Assembly: GCF_009914755.1 (NCBI RefSeq)
Contig: NC_060930.1
Length of the DNA stretch: 64,000 nucleotides
DNA from: the human T2T-CHM13v2.0 reference genome, Homo sapiens
Strand: one strand, 5' to 3'
Shown here: positions 38,902 through 52,120 of the stretch, piece after piece
Position numbering within the stretch: position 1 is the first letter of the stretch
Layout of the letters: the number at the start of each line of letters is the position of its first letter
Notes under the pieces: generated by a model
The model's input: only the letters and a program-made list of their open reading frames with translations
Told to the model about the DNA's origin: nothing
Database searches by the model: none
Program-made: the position numbers and the translations under genes

Positions 38902-39349
38902 TATCATGCGCGTCCATGTGAAGAGACCACCAAACAGGCTTTGTGTGAGCAATAAAGCTTTTAATCACCTGGGTGCAGGTGGGCTGAGTCCGAAAAGAGT
39001 CAGTGAAGGGAGATAGGGGTGGGGCCGTTTTATAGGATTTGGGTAGGTAAAGGAAAATTACAGTCAAAGGGGGGTTGTTCTCTGGCGGGCAAGAGTGGGG
39101 GTCACAAGGTGCTCAGTGGGGGAGCTTTTTGAGCCAGGATGAGGCAGGAAAAGGACTTTCACAAGGTAATGTCATCACTTAAGGCAAGGACCAGCCATTT
39201 ACACTTCTTTTGTGGTGGAATGTCATCAGTTAAGGTGGGGCAAGGCATATCACTTCTTTTGTGATTCTTCAGTTACTTCAGGCCATCTGGGCGTATATGT
39301 GCAAGTCACAGGGGATGCGATGGCTTGGCTTGGGCTCAGAGGCCTGACA
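38902..39349 (-). promoter_or_regulatory. 5' LTR7 (promoter/enhancer)
   Basis: TATAAAA at 39034-39028, two ACAAAAGA SOX-type motifs (39255-39262, 39206-39213), CCCCACC KLF/SP-type boxes, ATTAAA at 38965-38960. Confidence 0.95.
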
Positions 39350-41149
39350 GTCACCATTGATACATCTACATTGATTTATCATTATCACTCAGAGTCCACA
39401 GTTTATATTAGGATTTGCTCTTGGTGTTGGATGTCCTATGGGTTTGGACAAATTTATGATGGTGTATATCTACCATTATAGTATCCTACAGAGTAATTTT
39501 ACTGCCTGAAAACCCTCTGTACTCTGCCTGTTCATCCCTCCCTCCCCTCTAACCTCTGGCAATCATTCATCTTTTTCCTGTTTCCATAATTTTGCTTTCC
39601 CAGGATGTCACACAGTTAGAGTCATAAAGTATGTAACCTTTTCAGATTGGCTTGTTTCACTTAGTACTATGCATGTAAACTTCCTCCATGCCTTTTCATG
39701 GCTTGATAGCCCATTTTGTTTTAGTGCTGGATGATATTCCTTTGTCTGAATGTGCCACAGTTTGTCCATTCACCTAATGAAGGACATCTTGGTTTACTCC
39801 ATGTTTTGGCAACTATAGACAAGCCATTATAAACATCCTGTGTAGGTTTTTGTGTGGACATACATTTCCAACTCATTTGGGTACATAGCAAGGAGCGTGA
39901 TTGCTGGATCATACGGTAAGAGCATGTTTAGTTTTGTAAGAAACTGTCAACTGGTCCTCTAAAGTGGCTGTACGCTTTTGCATTTTCACCAGTGATAAAT
40001 GAGAGTTTCTGTTGCTCCGTATCCTCACTAGCATTTGGTGCTGTCAGTGTTTTTTGGCTATTTGAATAGGTGTGTAGTGGTATCTCATTATTGTTTTAAT
40101 TTGCATTTCCTTGATCACATATGATGTGGAGCATCTTTTCATATGCTTATTTACCATCTCTATATCTTCTTTGGATGGGTGCCTGTTAAGGACTTTGGTC
40201 CATTTAAAAAATTTGATTGTTTGTGTTCTTACTGTTGAGTTCAAAGCATTCTTATGTATATTTTGGATAACAGTCTTTTATCAGATATGTCTTTTGCAAA
40301 TATTTGCCCCCAGTCTGTAGCTTGTCTTTTCATTCTCTTGACAATATCTTTTGCAGAGCAGAAATTTTTAATTTGAATAATGTTAAGTTTATTATTTCTT
40401 TCCTTGTGCCTTTGGTGTCATTACATAAAAAGTCATGTCTAAGCCCAAGGTCATCTAGATTTTCTCCTATACCGTCTCCTAAAAGTTTTATACATTTTAC
40501 ATTTAAATCTGTGATCCCTTTTTAATGTTCTATATTGAAAAATTTTAAATATGCACATAAGTAAAGGAAAGAGAATAATGACTCCATCTACCCATCATCT
40601 GCTGCCCAGTGTCATCAATTATTATTATACCAGTTTTATTTCATTTATCTTTTCCCTCCACATTGGTGTTTTTGTTTGCTTGTTTAATATGATGTAATTT
40701 CACTCCTACCTGCTTGGGAGGGGTAACCTTTTCAGGCAGCAGTTCGACATGGGGACCTTACCCTGTATGTGCTGGGTTCACTAAGTGTTAGTGCTGGTTC
40801 TGCCTACACTTTGGGGGCCCTGGTTCCTACAAAATTTTCACAGTGGCCCAGCTAGCTTAGTCACATTACGTCTATTAATCTGAGTTGATTTTTACAATTC
40901 CTTCTGGATAGTCCTTATTATGTTTGCTTTGAAAATCTAGCTTTTGCACCTCCACTTAAGCACAAGCCTGAATAGCTTCATTTGCTTTGAGAGAAAAGCA
41001 AGTGGAGCCAGTCAACCTTATGAATGAATGGAAGAGAAAAACAGTCAATGTGCCTAACTACAAGACATTGAGTAAAGATGAGCATAGTGTGAAAAACAGA
41101 GGCAAATTTCCCAAACTGCACATCCAGACTTGCCTGCAAAACATTGTTA

Positions 41150-41300
41150 GTGTGGAATCACAGACTTTTAGTGCCCTAAGGACTTTAGCAACTGTTTGGC
41201 CATAACACCCTCATTTTATGGATCCAGAGATACTAAGTAATTTATTTGAGGTCACACCGCTTGCTTTCTGATACTAAAGTCTGAGCCCTTAAACCATACC
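41150..41300 (-). mobile_element. MIR fragment
   Basis: 'ccctcattttatggat...agagatactaagtaatttatttgaggtcacac'. Confidence 0.55.
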
Positions 41301-44300
41301 TCTCCGCAGCCTCCAGGTACTGGTAAAAGTACCAAGGCATGGAAGAGTGAGGAAGGGTGATTGTCTGAGACAATGGTAAGGAGTTAGCCTAGCCTTAAGT
41401 ATCTTTAACTGTTGACATTTTCTTCAAAGAAGTCATTTGCTTTATTTGTAACCAATACATATTAGATTCATGGTAGATATATACTAGGTGATAGCATAGA
41501 ATGGCCCATGATAGAAGAAAATTACCATTTTTTAAGGAAAAGGCCCTCCCAGTGGCACGGTTAGCTCAGATGGGAGAATGAGGCCAGGATGGACTGGGAA
41601 GGCCCGAGCATCTCTCTGTGCTGGGAAGAAGGCAGGCCTGACAAGCCACAACTCCCTCACCAGTAGAAAACTCACTGAAGGCATGTATCCACACAGTGGT
41701 AGGTAAGGTGCAGCATCCAGAAAGGTGAGAGGAAATAGGCTCGCTCACTAACATTCAAGGGAAGGGCCATGCAAAAGCCCTCAGCTGTAAGAAACCGTCC
41801 TTGCAACCCGTGTTGCCCTGACTCATTTCTTGTTCTTCCAAGTTTGAACAGTGCCCAGGTTGATGACAGGAACTAGAAATGATGTCAAGACTTAACTCTC
41901 ATTTTACTCATAAAGGCGTGGCAGGAACGTGGGTAGCCCCTAGGGTGAATGCTACCCATGGAAGAAGATGAACCATCCTTATTAAGCCCTCCATGTGCAG
42001 GGCATGGGGTGCTGCTGTGTGAGAAGAGAGAAAAATAGCTCTCTATAATATGGGTTGTTGAACATTATGGGCTTCTCAGAATGAGTTAAATTCTCTTCTG
42101 TGGCTGACCATAATTCACCATAGAGACTCCTCTCCTGGATATATATTTTTGAAATTCCTAGACATGCAGAGATAAGTCCACCCTGGAACCTGTAATGGGG
42201 TTCCTCCCTGAATTAGCTCAGGCCCCAAAGGGACAAGGTGCTATCTGTGACCTGTGCCAGGGAATACTCTGTACCCTGAAAGCCAAGCCTCAAGTATTCA
42301 CGGCTTGCTATCTCCAGGGTAATTAAAGGGGAGAGAGTAAATCACACACTGAAAAACAGCCCTGAGTGCTTAAGTACATGTCAGTCACCGAGACTGGCAT
42401 CTACTCAGAGTGGAGGAGACCTGGGGTTTGCATTACACACAACACCCCATGAGATCATTAGGGCTACTTCAAGCACATGGCTTTCAGGGTTACCACAGCC
42501 CCTCCTTTTTGCCCAAGTAAATGCAATCAGATTCAACTGGGAACAAATTAGGGAGGCAAAATAAAGCACACTTACTGAAAACCAGCAAGAAACTCTACTG
42601 TCTCCTATTAGAAAAATTAGAAACCATTTAACAACAAGAGACCATTTTGTGTTGGAAATAAAAGAGGCCCTGAATGAAGAGTGCCACGCCAGAGCTGAGG
42701 GCGCCTTCCAGGTGAGATCAAACGCGGAATGGGGGGCCAGCCTGGACTAAGCTGGGTTCACCTAAGTCCTTATTAGCTGATGAGCAAAGACTGCCCAGCG
42801 AACCAGATGTGTGAAAATTGGCCAAGAATCAACTTTCCATGGCATGTTTTCTTGGTAGATTTACTTGTATAATTTCCTATGTAAGAGGAAAAATAGCTTG
42901 GGCAGCATTTTCCAGAAGACTGGCACTAAGTCAATTTCAGTCCTTGAAAACTTAGAGGTCTAGCCAGGCATCCATAACGAAGTTGTGGCCAGTCTTTTTT
43001 TTTTTTTCATATGTTTTTTCTTCTCTATTTCCTTTTAGACCTCATGGTCACACCTCATATATTAAGATTCTAATTTGTTTAACATCTAGGTGCTGAGCAA
43101 AAAGGAAACACTAAACACTGATGGATAGGGTCGCTACTGGGTAGCAATAAATGGGGGTGGGGAGTTGTGCGAAGAGCGAGAAAGTACACAGCTGATTTTC
43201 ATTTCCTAATAGGCATTCTGCCTGGAAACCTGTATAAAGACCTGAAATATGTATTGCTCTAAAGACTGTGAATGTTTAAAATGTCATCTTAAATTAGTAA
43301 GTGTCTTTAAATCTTCACTCTTTTGTCACGTTTTAGTAATGTTTATTACACACCATAAATCTTATTCATATCCACATAAATTGAGCCCCTAACCACGAGG
43401 GAAACAAGTACTTCTACTCACTGATATAAGATTCCGGAGCAGTGGATGACATCAAATATTATGATTGCAAAAAAGAAAGCTCTCCTGGGGAAACTGGTTT
43501 GGGGAGAAGGAATAATCACCTTTCTACTTTCGTTGTGGAGAAAAAATGTTAATATCTCTGAAATTCTGTCTAGCAATTTTGGGGGTTCAAATAAGTGGTC
43601 ATGATCTAATGAAAGTTTAAATAAGTCGTTTCTACTGTGCTTGCATTCGGATTGATTTCAGCAAGTATAGTAATGGTGAATAAGATAAATCGAAAAGAAA
43701 TCAAAGTTTGTTAAGATAGTACAAAAAAAGAAGCAATTTATAAAGGTTGAGGGGTTATCTGCAGTGGGATTTTAGTGTATGTGAGGACAAAGAGTGACAA
43801 GATAAGAGTGGAGAGAAAAAAGAGTTCTGTTTAGAAGTTCTGGACTGGCTGTCCCCAGACATCTGGGTTTCAAAGACCAGTAAAATCTTTTTTTTTAAAT
43901 TTCAGAGACTGACATACGGTTGATAGCTTTTAATTTTTCCAAATAAAGGACATAAAAATGTTATTAACTATCATTTTGCATTCTTCTAAACAATAAGGAT
44001 CCTTTTACTCAGAGTTTTAAAAACTAAATCAGTTAAACTTTAGGGAAAATTCACCTTGTCATCCTTTATTTTCTCATTTTGCCATTACTTTGCAATGGAA
44101 CGCAGACAACTGTTTAGGAATTGCTGCAGGTTCCATGGAGACCTATTTTTAATACCAGTGAGGTCTTCAATATTTTAGGAAGAGATTTCCCCCACCCCCG
44201 CACCTTGGTCCTATGAGCTCTCCTCAGGTGATTTTGTCTGCTGACTACTCAGGTTCCCGATCAGAGAGAAACATTCAGCTAGGATGTTGTGTACAGTCAC

Positions 44301-44392
44301 CCATTAGCTTTTGTTCTGCCAGGGATTGTCAGAGATGGCCTGGTGGGGACAATGACTGGGCGAGGAACTCTGGACTTAACTAGGTCTAATGT

Positions 44393-44808
44393 TGATATGG
44401 TTGGGATCTGTGTCCCCACCCAAATCTCATGTTGAAATGTAATCCTCAGTGTTAGAGTTGGGGCCCGGTGGGAGGTGACTGGATCATGGGGGCAGATTTC
44501 TCATGAATGGTTTAGCACCATCTCCTCGGTACTGTCCTCACAATAGTCAGTGAGTTCTCACGAGATCTGATCTTTTAAACGTGTGTGGTACCTCCACCCT
44601 CTTTCTCTGGCTCCTGCTTTCATCATAAGACACCTGCTCCGCCTTCATCTTCTGCCATGATTGGGAGCTTCTTGAAGTCTCCCCAGAAGCAGTTGCCCCT
44701 ATGCTTCCTGTACAGCTTGCAGAACTGTGAGCCAATTAAGCCTCTTTTCTTTATAAATTACCCAGTATCAGGTATTTCTTTATAGCAATGTGAGAATGAC
44801 TTAATACA
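44393..44808 (+). mobile_element. Solo MaLR LTR (MSTA-like)
   Basis: 'tgatatggttgggatctgtgtccccacccaaatctcatgttgaa...ataaattacccagt...taataca'. 5-bp TSD aatgt/aaggt. Confidence 0.93.
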
Positions 44809-47800
44809 AAGGTCATCTCTGACTGCCTGGAAATGCTTTCTTTAGCTTCCAGATTTTCATGCAAGAGACATCTGCTCTTATAAATCCTTCCTGACCAGCA
44901 GCCACCTTAGCCCTGGGTAGAGTAGACAGGGGGTGGCAAGCTTGGCTGAAAAGCAGAACGATGTGGAAGCATTTATTAAATGTAAATTTGTTCTCCACCT
45001 GCTCTGGAAATTCTAATGTCATCGTTCTGGGATATGCTCTGGAAGGTGTATTTTGATTTAAGAACTAAAACTCTCTGGCTGATTCTGAAGCCTGAAGCCC
45101 ACCTTCTCCTGGGCACCCTCCTTCCCTAGGACAGACTTGGTATTATATCCCCTATAACACTTCAGTGCACTTCCTGAATTGCTTTTCTCCCTTGGCAGTT
45201 GTCTCTCTCAACCCCCATGTCCATCCCTGCACCAACACACACACCTACACACACACACGTGTGCATTTTCACACCCCAAATTATAAAATCTTTAGTGAGG
45301 GAAATGATTTATGTTAGTTTCCATAATAACTAACATAATGCCTGGCACATAGTAGAGGCTAGCCAAATAAATACTTATGCAATGTATATCAGTAAATGGA
45401 TCTTTTCCAACTCAAAAATTCTGCATTCTGCTCCTTCCCACTGATAAGCAGTAAGATAAAATAATAGAAAGTGTAGATGCACACAGAATGATAAGCAGAG
45501 AGCTAATAGTCTGTGATGGCATGGAAAGAGCTGAGTTCCAACACAGGTTGTATTGCTACAGCCGTGCGCCCAGGAGCCACCCACTTACCTCCTTACTTCA
45601 GTATGCTCAATAGTTAAAGAGACCACAGGGTCACTCTGGTCATTTTTGGCTCTAAAATTCAATGATAAATGGATACAAATAATTTTCTTTCTAAAATTAT
45701 AAACTTGCTTACGCTTTGAAAAGTAATACAATTTCAAGGAAAGCAGAATTCCAGCATAGACAGCTGGCCCCTAAATGAACTCTTTTTATGGTTACTATTT
45801 AAAAACAAAAAGATCTTTGATTTTTTTTAAAATCTGCTTTTGCACTGCATAATCCATTCCTCCATTGATGAAATAGTTAATATAGAAACGCTACACAAGA
45901 GCTTACCTGAGTTCTTATTAAATATTTTCTTTGAAAAATATATTTTGTAGCTGGTGTTACCAGCTGTCACTAAATCCACTGACAACCTACCAAAAGAATA
46001 GTAAAAATGCCAGTCAAAAAATTAAAGCCAAATTGCTCACCATTTTAAAATGAGGAGAAATTTTAAGACTCTTCCTAGCATTTGACATATGCTCAGACCA
46101 TAATCTGAACACCGTCTTCCCTTTAGTGTAATATTTTCAGCATAAACTGAAGTTAATATAAATTGGTGTCAACTACCACCTGTCACACAATGCTGGAAAG
46201 CCGTGTCACCATGAGAAATGGACCAGGGGAAATAAATAACCTGCAAAGTGGTAGTCTGCAAATATTGACACACATGACCAGAATTCTAGATAAATGATAG
46301 CAAACATGGCACAGATCGAAACTTAAGGGCTTGCACATCTTTGTATCCTAGTCAATCTGCTTTTCATAAATCTGCTTAGCGCTAATGACTAGAATGCATT
46401 TTTAATAAATTAATTTTGAATAGCTGGTACTCTGGAGGGAGGTTGGGACTTGCCCTCATGTTATTAATAGTGAAAATGGAAGCCTCAATTTAGAAACACG
46501 TCTGTAGCTGTTGTAATATAGAGTCCAACAAAATGACCCCCACAACAGGTGACCCTGATTGTGCTGTAGATTTGCTTAGTCCTTAACACTGTTCAGTGGG
46601 TTTTCGAAGACATTGTCAGTTTTGAAAAATGACCCATTATGTCTCCAATATGTGTTTTAAGCTGTTTATCCTATAGTCATGACAAATATAGTCTTATCCA
46701 CGCCCTGCCTTTATGTGTTCTGAACTGTGGACGTGCAAGGCAGCTAACTGGGGCCGGGACTAAGTACTGTCTGTGACGCTGAGATAGAGATTCATAGTTT
46801 AACTGGGACAAAGAGGATCAGGGGCCACATGCCTGCTTTATCCAACTGACCTAAAAAGAACAAAGTCTGCATTGATGCCTGTAGGTTAATCCCTAAGATC
46901 CCCAATACTCGAACATAATGTTTACATGAAAGTCAGTGATTTTCTAGGTCACCAGTGCCTAAAATTGGGTGACCCAAGTGTGAGAAGTAGTCAGACTTGG
47001 GTGGCAGAAATTGCTGCTTTAAAATTTTTCCTGCATACAAAAGACTTAATTGGGTCTCCTGAGACCTAAGTCCTTGTGGCCAAAAGAATGTCAACTCCCA
47101 GAGGGCAGGAACAGCCTCTGCATCATTTAGTATTGAATGGCACAGCACCTAGTGGAGTGCCTGGGACTTAGTAGATACTCAGTACATTTGTGTTGAGGGA
47201 ATGATTGATTAAATGAATGGATTCTATGGTTTCTGCCACAAGTAAAATAGCTTCATTCTCCCACTTCCCATGTTACCCAGTGTTACACCCACTGTCAGTC
47301 CGCCCCTTTCTTTGCAGTGACCTATCTTCTCAGAGAGCTGAGACTGGTGTGATAATTACCATTTGCCTTACAAAAATAAGAGATAATTGTTTCCCCTACA
47401 TTCACCAAACTCTTAGAGATAGCCAAGGAACGTTTTCTGCATAAACATGCAGTCCTCATCATATCACCATCAGCCTTGTATTGAAAATTAATGACTATTT
47501 CATAAAATATTGAGACCTAAGACTGGCACTTAAAACAAAATTATCCTTTTCTTTTCCCTTAAAACCGCTCCTGATTAGATAACTGCCAGACTCCAGTAAT
47601 GTTGTGAAATAAACCTGCAAACACTCCACGATCAGAGTGACACAGCGTGCCTCACTCTCACGCTAGTGGGCTGGTGGTTGGTTGGTTCTAGCACCCATTA
47701 GCATGAGTTAATGAGTAAGCATTCCCTTCCCTGTCACATTCCTTGCCTGTTATTAGCCAAAACCTGAACTTTAGCTTAATTGCAGAAACCAGCCCGCCCA

Positions 47801-48440
47801 TAGCAGATGAGGGCATGGTCCCTATTGTTTTGACTGCATTCAAAGTGCTAACCTGGGGGACCATGACAGATGACATGCTCCAGCACTGCAGAGAGCAGCA
47901 GGTGGGGTGCTGGGACTATGGGTGCAGAGAAGAAAAATGGCATTTTCCAAGCCCCCAGGATTTGATTTTCCTCACACTTACTTACTCAGCTGTGCACAGT
48001 AAACTAGATTTCACAAGTATCAGAGATTCTTACAGATCTAGCTTCTTAGATTTTACTTTAGACTCTTGCCAGCTTTTCTGAATTTGAAATTGGTCATTTC
48101 ATAGACTCCCTATACCTCCCCTTTTCGCCTCACCCTGAATTCCCTGCTACTTTCCTGAAGCTTCTGTTGGCCTACTGGGAGATTTGGTTTCTCTGGCGCT
48201 GAATCAATTGAAGAATCAGAAATATTTGAGACTGGATGTGATCAGAAACTCTGGCTTTTGAGTTTTAAGTTTTATTAAAACTCATGTATTTATAGGGCAC
48301 TTTAGTTTTAGAATATTTGGTATCTTCAGCCTCTGTATTTAATTCACACAGCTCTTTTACTGACTGGAGATCATTTTTTTTTGCTCACATTTCTTTATCT
48401 TAGAAACAGACGTAATCATACCCAAAGTCTGCTGGTTGCC

Positions 48441-48970
48441 TGTATCAATTAGGATTATTTTGGTTGTGAGTGACAGTAAACAGCACAACTGGGTTAAGTA
48501 AAATGGGATTTTTGACACTCATATAATTGAAAAGTCCAGGAAAGGGGCTGGTTTCAGATGCACTGTGATTTAGAAGCTTAGATATCATGATGGCTTGTTT
48601 CTCTACTACCCTGGGTTTAGCTCTACTCTCCTCATCAGGGTTGGGACTGCAGCCCCATAGTGCCTTTCTCTGAGCCTCATACCCAATGGAGAAACAGAAA
48701 TTTGTGATTCCTAGACTTGAATCTCATTAACCTTGATGGGCCAGACTTTGGGTCACATGCACACTCATGAACAAATCACTGTGGACAGGCGGCAGGTAGA
48801 GTGTGGTGATTGGATTATCTTAGATTACATGCTTCACTCTCAAGCCTGGGGGATGGAGTTGGCTGAATGAAAACAATATAGACTAAGAGTTGGTGGATAT
48901 ACGCCCAATAATATTAGGGCACTGCTGCCTCTAGATGGGAGAGTGGAGAGTGAGTGGTATAAACAACAAA
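48441..48970 (-). mobile_element. MaLR LTR (MLT1J-like)
   Basis: 'tgtatcaattaggattattttggttgtgagtgacag...ataattgaaaagtccagg...gggtcacatgcacactcatgaacaaatcactgtgg'. Confidence 0.7.
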
Positions 48971-50414
48971 TATCCGCTAAACTACCGCAGAAAAAGGAGC
49001 AATAATTGAAAAAAGTAAAGCACTTTGAATCTCTTGAATTAAAAAGCAATATGAATTTACAAGATGCAAACACCCCTTTTTTTTTCATGCTGACATAGGG
49101 AGATGGAAGTGGCACGCTATACAAACTAAGTGTTACTTGGCATTTGTCTGAGTGATAGTGTTGTGATTCGATTGACGTGACCGAAACTAAATGTGGAATT
49201 GAGAATCTGTTCATGCTATTCTGAGGTCCTCTTTTGCAACTTTATATTTATCAGCATGGGCTATTGTAAGAAACAAGATGGTTGTCATAAATTGATCAAC
49301 ACTCTCTGGTCTTCTGTTGTTCTTGCTTATTATGGACTTTGGGAAGAAGTCAATTAGAGAAGTTCTTTAGCCAGTATCATAATGAGTAATGGGAACATTT
49401 ACATGATTGCTAATGGCTGAGTTTACACGATGCCTCAAAGCATCAGTGGGGATGTTTGGCAGCAGCACATTATGACGGTGATTATCACTATAAATTAAGT
49501 TTATGTTGATATAATTAGCAGTTAAAAGCTAAAGTAATATTTATACTGATACAAGTTCTATCAAAGCCATACCAGTGCAAACAGGCTGTGAATGTTGATA
49601 TAGTGGGGATAATTTCATCTTGCAAGAGGGGATGTTTCTAGAATTGAGATAGCCTATTGGCATACAGTTGCCCCTCCCACTCCTAGCCAAAAATAGAAAG
49701 TATAAACTTGACCAAATTGCTTCACAAATTCAGAATCTATAACTTAGTGCAGCAATCCCCACTGAGGATAAGTAAGATGCATCTTGGTAGTTTAGGCCTT
49801 GAATCACTGAACCTGGAAAGAGAGAGAGAGAGAGGGAGGAGGAAGTGAGAAGGCATGGGATGCCTAGGTAACTGGTTGTGAGCACAAGTCCACAATGACA
49901 AAGATAGGGTCTTGCCAGACAGGATCATTTGTCACAAGGGAAACCACCTAGGAGGATCGGGAGGTCTCATTAAAAGCACCTGATCATGAGCTCATTGCAT
50001 GAGCTTTCTTGAGAAACTACAGCTGGGGCCAAGAATTGTGAATCCATAGTCTTCCTTCTCTGCCCTAAGAGGTTGAAGGTTGTAGCAACACTTTACACTT
50101 TTGAGGTCACCAGCATCAGATGACAGTTCTTTCCTCAGAGAGTGGGCCAGATCCTCCCGACTCCAGATCCTCAGCACAGTATCTAAGGCTGCCAAGTCAC
50201 TCTGATTTCTTCTTCACGTCACATGCTTTGCAGGTACAGCCCCTAATCCATAAGACTATCCCCATAGTTGGTGGGATTCTCTCTTCTTTAGGGAAAAGGA
50301 AATAGAGTAGAGGAAGGATAAGTGACTTTTAAGAAGCCCCACAGTGAGTAAGTGGTAGAGAAGGTGGTCAGGCGGCCTGAGGCTGGCTGGTTTTGGAGCC
50401 ATTTTGCCCCAGAA

Positions 50415-50560
50415 GCATTCATTCAGTCAGCAAATATGTATTTATTCAACACATATTTTTTCAGGGCCTGCCATCTGCCGGGCACTTTTCTAGGAGCTAT
50501 ATATATATATATATATATATATCAGCGAACTGAATAGGCAAAGACCTCTGTCCTCTGGAA
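50415..50560 (-). mobile_element. L2 3' end fragment containing (AT)n
   Basis: 'cattcattcagtcagcaaatatgtatttattcaac...gccgggcacttttctaggagct'. (AT)n at ~50498-50522. Confidence 0.55.
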
Positions 50561-50919
50561 GTCTGTATTTTAGGCCTCTCTCTGGAAGTGTATGATCTAG
50601 GGAGGAATCCTAGAGTGCTCATTACATGCTTGCTCAAAGCCCTCACCTGCAGGGCTGCTTGTGTTAACATGCTCTCTAGAGGGCTCATGGTGGTCTGATG
50701 TCTCTCTACCTGCAAAATATCCAGCAACTTAGCACTTTGAATACAAAAAAGAAAGAAGTTGGTAGTTTTTGCAAATTGAGGGAAGTAGGAAATGATGACA
50801 GCAACTGGCCCTCAGTATCCTCTTTGGACAGGGAAAGCTGTTTGTTGTGCCTAAGATGGGAAGAGAAATAACTGGCATCCCAAACCCTGAATTCAGTCCT
50901 GCCAGCTCTAGGTGACTAC

Positions 50920-51110
50920 CTTGGCCTGCTTGGACTGCTATAATGGATACCATAGACTGGGTGGCTTAAACAATAAACATGTATTTCACACAGTTCTAGA
51001 GGCTGGGAAGTCCAAGATCTAGGTGCTGACAGATCTGGTGTCTGGTGAGGGCTCCTCAGTTCCCATTTGCAAACATTTGGTCCATATGGACAAACACTTA
51101 GTCCATAACA
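50920..51110 (-). mobile_element. MLT1A-like LTR, internally deleted
   Basis: 'ccatagactgggtggcttaaacaataaacatgtatttcacacagttctagaggctgggaagtccaagatc' joined quickly to terminal 'aaacacttagtccataaca'. Confidence 0.8.
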
Positions 51111-51124
51111 GTTACTAAGAGAAC

Positions 51125-51310
51125 TGACATTTCCTGAGGACCTATTAGTTGCCGCACAAGTTATTTATGTCATCTCATTTAATCATCACAGCAGGCCTAA
51201 TGAAGTGGGAACTGTTTTTCCAATTTTATACATGAGGAAACTGAGGAACGACTAGTTAAGTAACCTGTCCACATAGATTTTAGTCACTGAGCTGGGTTTC
51301 AGACCCTGGC
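51125..51310 (-). mobile_element. MIR SINE
   Basis: 'ctcatttaatcatcacagca...ccaattttatacatgaggaaactgagg...gttaagtaacctgtcc'. Confidence 0.8.
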
Positions 51311-51717
51311 CCATCCCCTGCCACCGCTGAGGTGCCTGCTAACACCCCTCACCTAGGCGGGGGGCACTCAGAGGAAGAAAGTCAGTAGCCCCCCTGTCCT
51401 TCTCCACCGTGCTCCCTCAGGATGCAAGCAGGAAGTCTTGGGCAGGAAGAGGTGGCTCCCCTCAGAGGGACACGGATGACTAGACTGTCAATGAGAAGCA
51501 AAGAAAAACCAGAGTGGTGAAATCTGCAGAAGAGAAGGTCCCTTTTATGCTTTTGAAAAATTGTGTGGGGTGCTAGTGGCCTCTAAAGTGGTAAGGAAAA
51601 TTTTCCATCATCCAGACAAAGGAGGTTAAGAAGAACAGCGGCAGATGTGCAAGAATAACTACAATAATTAGCTAGGGGAACATATATACTGCTAACATTT
51701 TAAACTTTACCCAAACA

Positions 51718-52120
51718 GGCCGTGCACGGTGGCTCACGTCTATAATCCCACCATTTTGGGAGGTCGAGGTGGGAGGATTGCTTGAGCTCAGGAGTCTGAG
51801 AGCACCTGGGTGACATAGTGAGATCCTATCTCTACAAAAATGAATAAATAAATAAAAATTAGCCGAGTATGGTGGTCCTAGCTACTTGTGTGGCTGGGGT
51901 GGGAGGATCACCTGAGTCCCAGAGTTCAAAGTAGCAGTGATCCATGATCACACCATTTCACTCCAGCCTGGACTATAAAGTGAGATCTAAGAAAGAAGGA
52001 AGGAAGGGAAGGATGGAAGGAAGGAAGGAAGGAGAAAGAAAGAAAGGAAAGAAAGAAAAAGAGAAAGAAAAAGAAAGGGAAAGAAGAAAGGAAGAAGAGA
52101 AAGAAAGAGAGAGAAAAAAA
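51718..52120 (+). mobile_element. AluJ with (GGAA/GAAA)n tail
   Basis: 'ggaggattgcttgagctcaggag' AluJ-type diagnostic, purine repeat 51989-52120, TSD tacccaaac. Confidence 0.92.

Larger units (their letters stand above)
33466..39349 (-). mobile_element. HERV-H provirus (LTR7-HERVH-int-LTR7), common ~5.9-kb internally deleted form
   Basis: Two ~450-bp LTRs starting TGTCAGGCCTCTGAGCCCAAG on the minus strand, His-tRNA PBS, PPT, gag/pol/env remnants, 5-bp TSD gtaac (33461-33465) / gtcac (39350-39354). Confidence 0.98.
33000..40530 (-). mobile_element. Old L1M (L1MB/L1MC-like) 3' part, split by an Alu and HERV-H
   Basis: 'ttttagagcagtttgaggttcacagcaaaattgagcagaagg' (33331-33465) continues after the provirus as 'cattatcactcagagtccacagtttatattagg' and into antisense ORF2 remnant (ORF 40044-40244, 'NKHMKRCSTSYVIKEMQIKT'). 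Confidence 0.85.

Noticed and set aside
33466-39349. Naming the locus as a known HERV-H lncRNA (LINC-ROR, ESRG, LINC01108)
   Set aside because: Cannot be supported without a genome search, because HERV-H copies are too similar to identify by eye.
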